Virus record (IMG/VR): IMGVR_UViG_3300045902_000666
Span: 37,744-101,743 of that record
Reading direction: 5' to 3' (one strand)
Source: a virus
DNA: 64,000 nt
Under the pieces are notes generated by a model. It did not search any database. It saw only the letters and a list, made by a program, of their open reading frames with translations, and had not been told where the DNA came from. Numbering within the stretch: position 1 is the first letter of the stretch; each line of letters begins with the position of its first letter. This document shows, one piece after another, positions 10,388 to 17,755 of the stretch. Made by a program: the position numbers and the translations under genes.

Positions 10388-12136
10388 TCAGTTTATAGGA
10401 CCGAACAACCATCCTGTATCATCAAATATATCATTCAAAGATTTTAAATCCCTGAAATCCTGCATCAACTGGTCGTGGTCAACAATTTTTGTCTCACCCA
10501 TAGGCAAGTTATTTCCATTCTCAAACTTCTCTCTTAACCTTTCAGAAGCATTTTCATAAGAAACATAACATTGTGCTTCATCATCCCAAATTTGACTTCC
10601 ATTAAAGTTTTCATTTTTCAAAACAATTCTAATACATTTAGATTTTGAGTTGGTTAAATCATATTGTTCTTTAACTCTATAATTCATGCCAAAAACTTTA
10701 TTAAACTCTTCTAAAACATTTTCCACTTCAAACCAAAAAGGACTCTTTTTATTAGAAGCAAGCATTGATTTTTCAAAATTATAATAGTTTTCACTTGGCT
10801 CGAAGTCTATTTCTAGAATTCTATCTTTCACCCTTGTTTCTTTAGGTTTTAATTTACCAGCTATATAATACCTAGCCCAATCATCTAAGTTCTTATCATA
10901 AGCTACCTCATGAACTTTTGTATAATCACCCTTGATTAAAGTTTTTAATTCACTTTCATACTTCCTTTGACGCAATGTTTTTTTTGGAAACCTCATAGCA
11001 TCAGCTTCTTCTTTTGAAACTGGTCTAAAATTTACAACATCATCTCTATACCCCATTGGTAAATCATACTCAATAGCAGGAATGCCAGAATGAGTAGCGC
11101 TATATCTAGAATCACTCGGCATACCTTCCCCTTTGGCCACATATCCATTTTTTATAATATCATTTACTTTTTTATCAACTTCACCATAAGTATTTCTTAT
11201 TGATTTGATACTTTTAACAGGGATACCTGTTATTTTAGAAGCATATTCCCAGTCACTTTCTTTTAAAGTATCTTCTCTTGAATTTATAAAATCATACAAA
11301 AACTGTTTTTGCTCATCATTTAAAGACCATTTTAAGTGGTCAAATATTTTTGGTGTTGGTCTGAATATCCCACCACTACCAACAACCATATGCCTACCTT
11401 CACTAATACCACCTCCAGAATCACCACCTCCAATGTCTCCACCAGAAACAGCAGCATCCATATAATACAAATTAAAAGATGGTCTTCTTAAAATGTATGG
11501 ATTATTTTTTTTCTTTTTCTTTTTTCTTTCATCTAAATTTTCCGCACCACCTATTAAATATTCTATGTCATCTTTCTTACTTATTGTTAAAACATTATAT
11601 CCAGCCTTTTTTAACATATCATCCCTTAAATCTTTATATTCTGAATAACTCATCAAATAAATATCTTTAGGCACTTCACAATTTCCGCTTTTACAAGCCT
11701 CTCCAACATATCTAATTAAGTCTGAATAAATATATTTAAAAGCTTCTTCTGTTGTAATTTCTTTTGCAAATTGTGGTATACTATCTTGAAGCTCTCTATT
11801 CCAATCTTGTTTTATTTCATAAGGGTGGCCATCATCATCTAGCCAAAAATATTTTCTGGTTATACCATGTCTAAATAAGGAAAGATTTATTTTATCAAAA
11901 AATCTAACAGTTTCATAATATATAAAGCCATCTGCAGCTTCCATATATTTTTCGCCAAATATTTCTTTTAAAAACTTATAAAGAGGATTCCAGTCAATAG
12001 AATCTTCAGAAAAACCTTTGTCCAAAATAGAATGCAAAGTTTTCCTTCTCTCAGTAGGTTTCATTGAATCATCTGAAATCAATTTCCCTTCTAAGACTAA
12101 ACTTAAAACCTCTCTTATTGTTTTTTTTAAGCTCAT
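10388..12136 (-). CDS. Modular hypothetical protein, candidate virion-internal protein
   Basis: Probable start MSLKKTIREVL; shares an N-terminal motif with four other ORFs. Confidence 0.6.
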   Translation of the reverse strand: MSLKKTIREVLSLVLEGKLISDDSMKPTERRKTLHSILDKGFSEDSIDWNPLYKFLKEIFGEKYMEAADGFIYYETVRFFDKINLSLFRHGITRKYFWLDDDGHPYEIKQDWNRELQDSIPQFAKEITTEEAFKYIYSDLIRYVGEACKSGNCEVPKDIYLMSYSEYKDLRDDMLKKAGYNVLTISKKDDIEYLIGGAENLDERKKKKKKNNPYILRRPSFNLYYMDAAVSGGDIGGGDSGGGISEGRHMVVGSGGIFRPTPKIFDHLKWSLNDEQKQFLYDFINSREDTLKESDWEYASKITGIPVKSIKSIRNTYGEVDKKVNDIIKNGYVAKGEGMPSDSRYSATHSGIPAIEYDLPMGYRDDVVNFRPVSKEEADAMRFPKKTLRQRKYESELKTLIKGDYTKVHEVAYDKNLDDWARYYIAGKLKPKETRVKDRILEIDFEPSENYYNFEKSMLASNKKSPFWFEVENVLEEFNKVFGMNYRVKEQYDLTNSKSKCIRIVLKNENFNGSQIWDDEAQCYVSYENASERLREKFENGNNLPMGETKIVDHDQLMQDFRDLKSLNDIFDDTGWLFGPIN

Positions 12137-12137
12137 T

Positions 12138-12533
12138 TTAATCTCCAGAACCGTATTGGTCAATCCACTTTTGCTTGCCAGTATTATAGTTATTTTTCCA
12201 GTCTATAAATTCTGGATTTATAACTTTCACTTTATCAAACCAAGCACCTCCAGGATTTAAAGAAAATACTGGGGTTGTACCAAATTTTTTTTCAAATTGA
12301 TTTACATAGTTTATAACATCATCTTGTCCAAAAACAGTTGACATAGCATCACCTTCATCTACAGAAGGAATCATTACTTCACCCCATCCTTTAACACCCC
12401 TATTCTTCCAATCAACATTCGCTCTTACATCTGGGAGTTTATTAAATGGGTAGTGATTAAGGATTTCTAAACCCTCAATTCCGCCAGCATTTTGCTGCTC
12501 CAACATCTCTCTGATAATTTTTCTAATTTTCAT
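12138..12533 (-). CDS. Hypothetical protein, candidate virion-internal protein
   Basis: N-terminus MKIRKIIREMLE; TATTTAT upstream. Confidence 0.6.
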   Translation of the reverse strand: MKIRKIIREMLEQQNAGGIEGLEILNHYPFNKLPDVRANVDWKNRGVKGWGEVMIPSVDEGDAMSTVFGQDDVINYVNQFEKKFGTTPVFSLNPGGAWFDKVKVINPEFIDWKNNYNTGKQKWIDQYGSGD

Positions 12534-12599
12534 AGCAAAAACTTTACAATAAATAGGTCCAAAAACACAAAACCCTAGCTATTTAGCTAGGATTTTATA

Positions 12600-13307
12600 C
12601 TACCAGTACATCCATCTTGCAGAATGACGATGGTTATATCTGTATTCATAATCATCATAATCACCTACTTTAGAAAGGTTTCTTTTCAAAGCTTTCTTGT
12701 TGTAATTTCTGTCAGAACGAGTAAAATCCTTTCTATAATCTTTAGGAGGATTTCTTCTTCCATCATACCAGCCACCAACTGGCCAGAACTTTTTCTGACA
12801 CAAATAACCCTTTCTTTCAGACTCCTCTTTAGCCAACACAGAATCAAATTCTTGATAGTGTGTAATCCAGCGAGGTTTGATTTTTTCTACGAAGTAGTAG
12901 CTAGGAAATGTACATTCATATATTTTTCTGAATGGACTCCAACGTCTACTCCAAGGGCTAATTGCTGAAAAATACTTTTTAACAGCAGGATGCAATTTTT
13001 CATAAGTTTCCTCAGAAATATCTCCAAATCCCGGATAAAGATATTCGTATTTTCCTTTGCTTAATTTTGTTCTGAAGGATTTATCTTTACAAAAAACCCT
13101 GTGTCCAACAAGTTTTAAGCATTCATAAAATACCCAAGCATCATCACGATTTTTGATGTCTTCTCTAAGGTCATGAAATTTGTAATAGCCGTCTTTGTAC
13201 GGTTTTTCAAGTTCAACCCAATTTTTATTGCGTTGAATTTTCCAGATTTGATAAATTTCTTTTTCAAGTCTGAGTTTCTCTTTGTAGAGAGGATGTTTTG
13301 AATTCAT
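12600..13307 (-). CDS. Basic aromatic-rich hypothetical protein downstream of a uORF-hairpin
   Basis: 235-aa K/R/Y/W-rich ORF; start codon at the base of a hairpin. Confidence 0.65.
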   Translation of the reverse strand: MNSKHPLYKEKLRLEKEIYQIWKIQRNKNWVELEKPYKDGYYKFHDLREDIKNRDDAWVFYECLKLVGHRVFCKDKSFRTKLSKGKYEYLYPGFGDISEETYEKLHPAVKKYFSAISPWSRRWSPFRKIYECTFPSYYFVEKIKPRWITHYQEFDSVLAKEESERKGYLCQKKFWPVGGWYDGRRNPPKDYRKDFTRSDRNYNKKALKRNLSKVGDYDDYEYRYNHRHSARWMYW

Positions 13308-13327
13308 TGGCGTTTAAGTTTATTTAC

Positions 13328-13372
13328 TTAAATCGCCAAAACTCCTCCACAGCTATTTTTACGAATGTTCAT
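13328..13372 (-). CDS. Leader peptide MNIRKNSCGGVLAI (TAA stop inside hairpin)
   Basis: 14-aa uORF; hairpin TTGGCGATTTAAG/CTTAAACGCCAA (13307-13339) includes the A of the downstream ATG. Confidence 0.55.
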   Translation of the reverse strand: MNIRKNSCGGVLAI

Positions 13373-13410
13373 AAATCAGTTATTTTTTATAAATATACAA
13401 ATTTTGTCAA

Positions 13411-13438
13411 TTATACGCAAAACAATAATAAAGGTTCC
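13411..13438 (-). promoter_or_regulatory. ECF-like promoter GGAAC-N16-CGTATAA
   Basis: Repeated motif. Confidence 0.7.
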
Positions 13439-13447
13439 TTTTTTTTG

Positions 13448-13521
13448 TGATTCCGATAGGACTTGAACCTACAACCCTCTCCTTAGGACGGAGTAGCTCT
13501 ATCCAGTTGAGCTACGGAACC
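13448..13521 (-). tRNA. tRNA-Arg(CCT)
   Basis: Cloverleaf GGTTCCG..., anticodon loop GT-CCT-AA, T-loop GGTTCAAGTCC. Confidence 0.9.
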
Positions 13522-13522
13522 A

Positions 13523-13807
13523 TTAATTTTGAGAATCCTGAATATCTTTCCAGATTTGTTTATCTATAACATGTTTTGGTGTTCTCTCATATTTCAGATA
13601 TGAACACATTGGACAAGAACAAGGAGTGGAAGTCCATTTTAAAAATGTCCACATTTCCCCTTTTCTAATCTTGTCTCTAATCTCAGCGGAAGTCATTCTC
13701 TCCCATCCAAAATATTGATGCTGATTAGCAGGAACCCAAATTTTAAGACGCTTCTCAAATTTACATTTTTCTTTCCAGCGTCTTTCAGCTCTTTTTAAAT
13801 TTTTCAT
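13523..13807 (-). CDS. Small basic protein with PCSCPMC motif
   Basis: 94-aa K/R-rich ORF with Cys cluster. Confidence 0.65.
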   Translation of the reverse strand: MKNLKRAERRWKEKCKFEKRLKIWVPANQHQYFGWERMTSAEIRDKIRKGEMWTFLKWTSTPCSCPMCSYLKYERTPKHVIDKQIWKDIQDSQN

Positions 13808-13865
13808 TTTACCTCAGATTTTGTCAGAGGTAGAGTGAATTGAGGACTTTCCTTATCACCCTACC

Positions 13866-13910
13866 TCATCGTTTGAGGTAACGAGCTTTATATGTTTTGT
13901 GAGTATTCAT
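13866..13910 (-). CDS. Leader peptide MNTHKTYKARYLKR (TGA stop) with alternative hairpins
   Basis: 14-aa uORF followed by mutually exclusive TACCTC/GAGGTA pairings ending next to the ATG at 13807. Confidence 0.55.
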   Translation of the reverse strand: MNTHKTYKARYLKR

Positions 13911-13935
13911 AATTTTCTATAAATATACGACTTTT

Positions 13936-15141
13936 TTAAACATTATCCACTTCAAAAAGACCAATTTTTTTCATACCAACATACAAATCAGACATTAACT
14001 TGAAAAACATTACTTTGTTTTCTTCATTGCCAGATATATGATGTGTTGTATACAAAGAATTAATCTCTTTACATAATTCAACCAAAGCTTGAAATAAAAC
14101 ACTTGGGTTTAGAGCTGCTTTAGCTTTAATATAAGCGTACTTAATCTCTGGCTTGATAAAATCATCAGCCGAATGGTTTAAATCAACTCCAGCACTTTTT
14201 AAACGAGCCATAGTATAACTTAAATATAATCCGGGAGAATTTTTATGATTCTTCATCAAACTCATATCAAAAGTCTTATCTGACTTTGGCGAGCCTCCCA
14301 AAATATATCCTGCAAAAATGTTATAGGCTAATTTTTCATCACCATTAAACTCTTCTTTTAATTCTTCCATAAAATCTGAAAGATAAACAACATTACGAAG
14401 ACGTGTAGACATTTTACCATTTGCAGATGGAATCATTTTATTTGACTTCAATTTAACAAGCCCCAATCCTACATGTGTTATATGAGGATAAACTTTATTT
14501 AAAAGTTTAAAATGATTCTCTTGTTCATATCCAGTCAAATAAAGAGTATCATCATTTAAAAGAGATGCCAATGCTAAATCCTGATAAAAATAAGAAGTAG
14601 AACCATCTTTTTTTATTACAACAATTTTTTCTTCTCCAGCCTCAACTATTTTTGTTCCTTCATATTCTCCTTCTCCATCTTTCAATTCACCTCCATATTT
14701 CATTTCGGAAGCAAAGAAAATTTTATCTACTTTATAGTCAAAATTTTTACAGTGTTCTTTGAATTTTTCCAAAGCTTCTTCTTTAGAAACATCACCAGTT
14801 AATGTATCTCCAAGCATAGAAACATATTCTTCAGCGACTCCAAGTTTCTGAAATGCTTTAGCTAAAATTAAATTTGAAAAGTGGCCAATATGTAAATGTT
14901 TATTAAGATTTGGGCTGAACCCATCCATGTATTTGAACTTTTTTTCCCCTATAAACATTTTACCAAAATCTGTTTTTTCAGTAGGGAAAAAATTGGTGTA
15001 TCCTTTTTCTTTTTGAATTATAAAATTGCAAGACTCTGCTAGGTTTAAAACTTCTTGTGTTGGTTCGCCAAATACACAAAACCCAAATCCTTTATTAAGA
15101 TTAGAAGGTATTACTTTAAATAAACTCGAATCTGTTGACAT
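13936..15141 (-). CDS. argS: Arginyl-tRNA synthetase, reduced (~401 aa)
   Basis: FSPNLNKHLHIGH (HIGH), KKDG.TSY..DLA, KMSTR, PGLYLSYTMARLKS; probable ATG at 15141. Confidence 0.85.
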   Translation of the reverse strand: MSTDSSLFKVIPSNLNKGFGFCVFGEPTQEVLNLAESCNFIIQKEKGYTNFFPTEKTDFGKMFIGEKKFKYMDGFSPNLNKHLHIGHFSNLILAKAFQKLGVAEEYVSMLGDTLTGDVSKEEALEKFKEHCKNFDYKVDKIFFASEMKYGGELKDGEGEYEGTKIVEAGEEKIVVIKKDGSTSYFYQDLALASLLNDDTLYLTGYEQENHFKLLNKVYPHITHVGLGLVKLKSNKMIPSANGKMSTRLRNVVYLSDFMEELKEEFNGDEKLAYNIFAGYILGGSPKSDKTFDMSLMKNHKNSPGLYLSYTMARLKSAGVDLNHSADDFIKPEIKYAYIKAKAALNPSVLFQALVELCKEINSLYTTHHISGNEENKVMFFKLMSDLYVGMKKIGLFEVDNV

Positions 15142-15156
15142 TGTTTTTGTTTTTTG

Positions 15157-15247
15157 TACAGGAGGAGGGATTCGAACCCCCATTGGCATTGCTGCTTCAA
15201 CTCCAGTTACGGATAAAAGTTTAGAAAACTTCCTCGGTTACACCTGC
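15157..15247 (-). ncRNA. Atypical tRNA-like RNA without D-arm, TCT (Arg) anticodon-like loop, large variable region
   Basis: Acceptor GCAGGTG/CTCCTGT, T-arm GGGGG-TTCGAAT-CCCTC, stem GAAGT-TTTCTAA-ACTTT. Confidence 0.6.
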
Positions 15248-15255
15248 ATATTTTG

Positions 15256-15328
15256 TGACCCGAACAGGAATCGAACCTGTGACCGACTGCTTAGAAGGCA
15301 GTTGCTCTATCCCCTGAGCTACCGAGCC
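15256..15328 (-). tRNA. tRNA-Arg(TCT)
   Basis: Canonical cloverleaf, ACTGC-CTTCTAA-GCAGT. Confidence 0.92.
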
Positions 15329-15334
15329 ATATTT

Positions 15335-15520
15335 TTATTCATCTTCTAAATCTACAATCACATAAAATTTGACTATAGATTTTTCTTTGAGAATTTTTAG
15401 TTTAGGATTTTCATATCCTTTTTCTAAAGCTCTCTTTCTATACTTTTCATAAACCGTATCAAAATCTTTTTCAATTTCTTTACGTTTTATTTTTCCAATA
15501 TAAAACATTCTCTGTTCCAT
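15335..15520 (-). CDS. Small hypothetical protein within the tRNA array
   Basis: MEQRMFYIGK..., 61 aa; the longer ORF call overlaps tRNA-Ser. Confidence 0.5.
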   Translation of the reverse strand: MEQRMFYIGKIKRKEIEKDFDTVYEKYRKRALEKGYENPKLKILKEKSIVKFYVIVDLEDE

Positions 15521-15522
15521 CT

Positions 15523-15611
15523 CAGAGAGTGAGAGATTCGAACTCTCGCATCGTTTTACCGACCTACTTCCTTTCCAGGGAAGCCCCTTACAACCACTTG
15601 GGTAACTCTCT
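15523..15611 (-). tRNA. tRNA-Ser(GGA)
   Basis: CTTCC-CTGGAAA-GGAAG, long variable arm, G73. Confidence 0.92.
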
Positions 15612-15622
15612 ATAAATTTATC

Positions 15623-15687
15623 GGCTGAAGAGTGGATTCGAACCACTAAATAGCTAGTACGTACTTAACTATCCTTCCAACTTCAGC
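15623..15687 (-). ncRNA. D-armless tRNA-like RNA (~65 nt) with possible ACG loop
   Basis: Perfect acceptor GCTGAAG/CTTCAGC, T-arm AGTGG-TTCGAAT-CCACT, central stem ATAGTTA/TAGCTAT. Confidence 0.6.
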
Positions 15688-15693
15688 ATCTTG

Positions 15694-15783
15694 CGGAGAG
15701 ATAGGGATTCGAACCCTAGGTACAGGTTTACCCCGTACAACAGCTTAGCAGGCTGCCCCGATAGACCACTCTGGCATCTCTCC
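15694..15783 (-). tRNA. tRNA-Ser(GCT)
   Basis: GCAGC-CTGCTAA-GCTGT, long variable arm. Confidence 0.92.
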
Positions 15784-15794
15784 AAATTATTTCG

Positions 15795-15865
15795 CACAGG
15801 TGGAGAGATTCGAACTCCCGTCAACGGTTTTGGAGACCGCTATTCTACCACTGAACTACACCTGT
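15795..15865 (-). tRNA. tRNA-Trp(CCA)
   Basis: GCGGT-CTCCAAA-ACCGT, short variable loop, G73. Confidence 0.92.
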
Positions 15866-15873
15866 ATATTTTG

Positions 15874-15963
15874 CACGTTGGGAAGGATTCGAACCCTCGA
15901 AGAGTTAATTACACTCTTTACAGTTTTGGAGACTGCTGCCTTCAACCACTCGGCCACCAACGT
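15874..15963 (-). tRNA. Type II (long variable arm) tRNA with Trp anticodon CCA
   Basis: GCAGT-CTCCAAA-ACTGT; variable arm AAGAGT/ACTCTT; Ser/Leu-type D-arm. Confidence 0.8.
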
Positions 15964-15969
15964 ATTTTG

Positions 15970-16054
15970 TGGAAGGTGTGAGATTCGAACTCACGGACCC
16001 CGAAGGGCCTCTAGTTTTCAAGACTAGTGCAATAGACCGCTCTACCAACCTTCC
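15970..16054 (-). tRNA. tRNA-Ser(TGA)
   Basis: CTAGT-CTTGAAA-ACTAG, long variable arm. Confidence 0.92.
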
Positions 16055-16057
16055 AAT

Positions 16058-16486
16058 TTATTTTTTCAATCTTTCAATTTCTTCTTTTATATCTTCTGTT
16101 TTAGTTCTCTTTCTTAGATGATAATATTTGTTCTTATCTATTTTTTCAAAGGGAATAAACCCATCAAAATGTTTATCAATCTGGTCTGCAAAATGTTCAA
16201 TCCTTTCAAGGAATGGCTCAAATTGATAGTTAATCGTTAAGAACACTCCAAGTTTTTCATCCCACTGTGCAAGGCCATGATTGCGAAATCTTACACCCAA
16301 ATAATATGCTCCATCAACAAGTTCTTCTTTTGGTATAGCTTCCTCAAGAAGTTTTTTTTCATGAAGCTTTTCTTCTTCATATTCTTCTTTCAAACGCTCT
16401 CTATTCTTTTGTGCATTTTCCTTTATTTCGTCTGCTTTTTTCTTACCAAACTTTTCTACTAACTTATTATAATGTTCTTCTTTCAT
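16058..16486 (-). CDS. Hypothetical protein, first gene after the attenuator
   Basis: 142-aa ORF. Confidence 0.6.
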   Translation of the reverse strand: MKEEHYNKLVEKFGKKKADEIKENAQKNRERLKEEYEEEKLHEKKLLEEAIPKEELVDGAYYLGVRFRNHGLAQWDEKLGVFLTINYQFEPFLERIEHFADQIDKHFDGFIPFEKIDKNKYYHLRKRTKTEDIKEEIERLKK

Positions 16487-16512
16487 TTTTTTCTTTTTAA
16501 ATTATTACAAAT

Positions 16513-16545
16513 AAAAAACCCCAGCTCTTTTGCAGAACCAGGGTT
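16513..16545 (-). terminator. Intrinsic terminator of the attenuator
   Basis: AACCCTGGTTCT-GCAAA-AGAGCTGGGGTT followed by a T-run. Confidence 0.8.
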
Positions 16546-16578
16546 ATACTGTTTTAACTTAAATATCTTTTAGAAAAG

Positions 16579-16668
16579 TTACGACAATATAGATGCTGGT
16601 CCGCTAGTTCTTTTTGAACTCGAACTTGAACTTCTCCAAGACCATCTATATGTTGTTGTTACTTTCAT
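16579..16668 (-). CDS. Attenuator leader peptide MKVTTTYRWSWRSSSSSSKRTSGPASILS
   Basis: 11 consecutive Arg/Trp/Ser codons; overlapping alternative hairpins; terminator 3' of it. Confidence 0.75.
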   Translation of the reverse strand: MKVTTTYRWSWRSSSSSSKRTSGPASILS

Positions 16669-16706
16669 GTTTTTATAAATATCAAAAATTTTCTTTTTTC
16701 TTGAGA

Positions 16707-16734
16707 TTGTACGCAAAGATAATAAAAAAGTTCT
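16707..16734 (-). promoter_or_regulatory. Promoter of leader/tRNA unit (AGAAC-N16-CGTACAA overlapping Bacteroidota -7 TATCTTTG)
   Basis: Motif variant about 40 nt upstream of the leader ATG. Confidence 0.6.
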
Positions 16735-16753
16735 ACAAAAGTCAAGTTTTTTT

Positions 16754-17020
16754 TTATTTTTTTTGCAACTTGTTGATTCCGAACCATTCATCCCTTGTTA
16801 TTTTTATTACAAAAGAAGTGTTAATCTGGAAAAAATTCTTTATCTGGGAACAAATTTCATATTTTTCTAAATTAGAATAATATTCTAAAGCCTCTTCTAT
16901 TATGAACGTAGGTATTAGTTCTTCATCTATTTTTTTCATTGTGTTATTGGCCAAAGAAGCTATACCATGATACATCATTATATCAATCTTACACGCTTTA
17001 TGTTCTCCTTTAAGCTTCAT
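16754..17020 (-). CDS. Hypothetical protein
   Basis: 88-aa ORF. Confidence 0.5.
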   Translation of the reverse strand: MKLKGEHKACKIDIMMYHGIASLANNTMKKIDEELIPTFIIEEALEYYSNLEKYEICSQIKNFFQINTSFVIKITRDEWFGINKLQKK

Positions 17021-17026
17021 ACATAA

Positions 17027-17314
17027 CTAACAATAAACAGTGGGCGCACCTGGTCTTCCAGATTTTCCTTGTCTAATAGAACCGTTTAATATATCATTTA
17101 ACGAAGTGTTTTCTTCGGTAAATGTATTGCAAATAGGTTTACCTGCTGTGCTATCAGTTAGCAATTCATAAGAGACACTTCTATTTGGAGTTACTTTATT
17201 AAAAACTAACTGTAAGTGGTCTTTAATAATTTCCACTTGTTTAGGAGTTAGTTTTTTATCTCCAGATAATTCAAAAAACCCTTGTAACCAATAACAAAAA
17301 TCTGTTGCTTCCAT
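17027..17314 (-). CDS. Hypothetical phage protein
   Basis: 95-aa ORF (FCYWLQGFFEL...QVEIIKDHL). Confidence 0.55.
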   Translation of the reverse strand: MEATDFCYWLQGFFELSGDKKLTPKQVEIIKDHLQLVFNKVTPNRSVSYELLTDSTAGKPICNTFTEENTSLNDILNGSIRQGKSGRPGAPTVYC

Positions 17315-17353
17315 AACTTATTTTTTATAAATACATCTATAATTTTAGAAAAT

Positions 17354-17689
17354 TTACCTTTGTGAAATATATTTCCAATCATCCCTATCTAAGTTTTTTT
17401 CTAGATATTTAAGCGGCTCTTCTGCTAGTAACATCTGCTTTGCATGCCACTCCCATAAAATGCACTCATCTCCTAAATGAGGATGAGTTGAATTGTATTG
17501 CAACCATTTTTTACTTAAACCCCATATGGCTTTCATGAAATCTTTATCAAAGATAATTGCATAATAATTTGTGCCATCTAAATAAAAACCCTCATGTGCA
17601 CAAGGACCATTAAACACCTCTTTTGTATAACCATTTTTTCTAGCTTTTTCTAAAGCTTTTTCTAATATCTCAGAATTTCTCATACCCAA
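17354..17689 (-). CDS. Hypothetical protein
   Basis: 111-aa ORF. Confidence 0.55.
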   Translation of the reverse strand: MGMRNSEILEKALEKARKNGYTKEVFNGPCAHEGFYLDGTNYYAIIFDKDFMKAIWGLSKKWLQYNSTHPHLGDECILWEWHAKQMLLAEEPLKYLEKNLDRDDWKYISQR

Positions 17690-17755
17690 TTAATTATACA
17701 CAAATGTACTAAAACTTTATAAAAAAATAAAGCCCAGACTAACTGGGCTCTATCG

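Noticed and set aside
15157-15247. Reading the odd tRNA as a CTA suppressor
   Set aside because: The best-paired stem centres TCT in a 7-nt loop; the CTA register breaks the stem.
15026-16027. Plus-strand ORFs and upstream extensions of the argS and 15335 ORFs
   Set aside because: They overlap clear tRNA genes.
16669-16791. 70-aa version of the leader ORF starting at 16791
   Set aside because: The extension overlaps the upstream gene and the promoter; ATG 16668 lies just after the promoter motifs.
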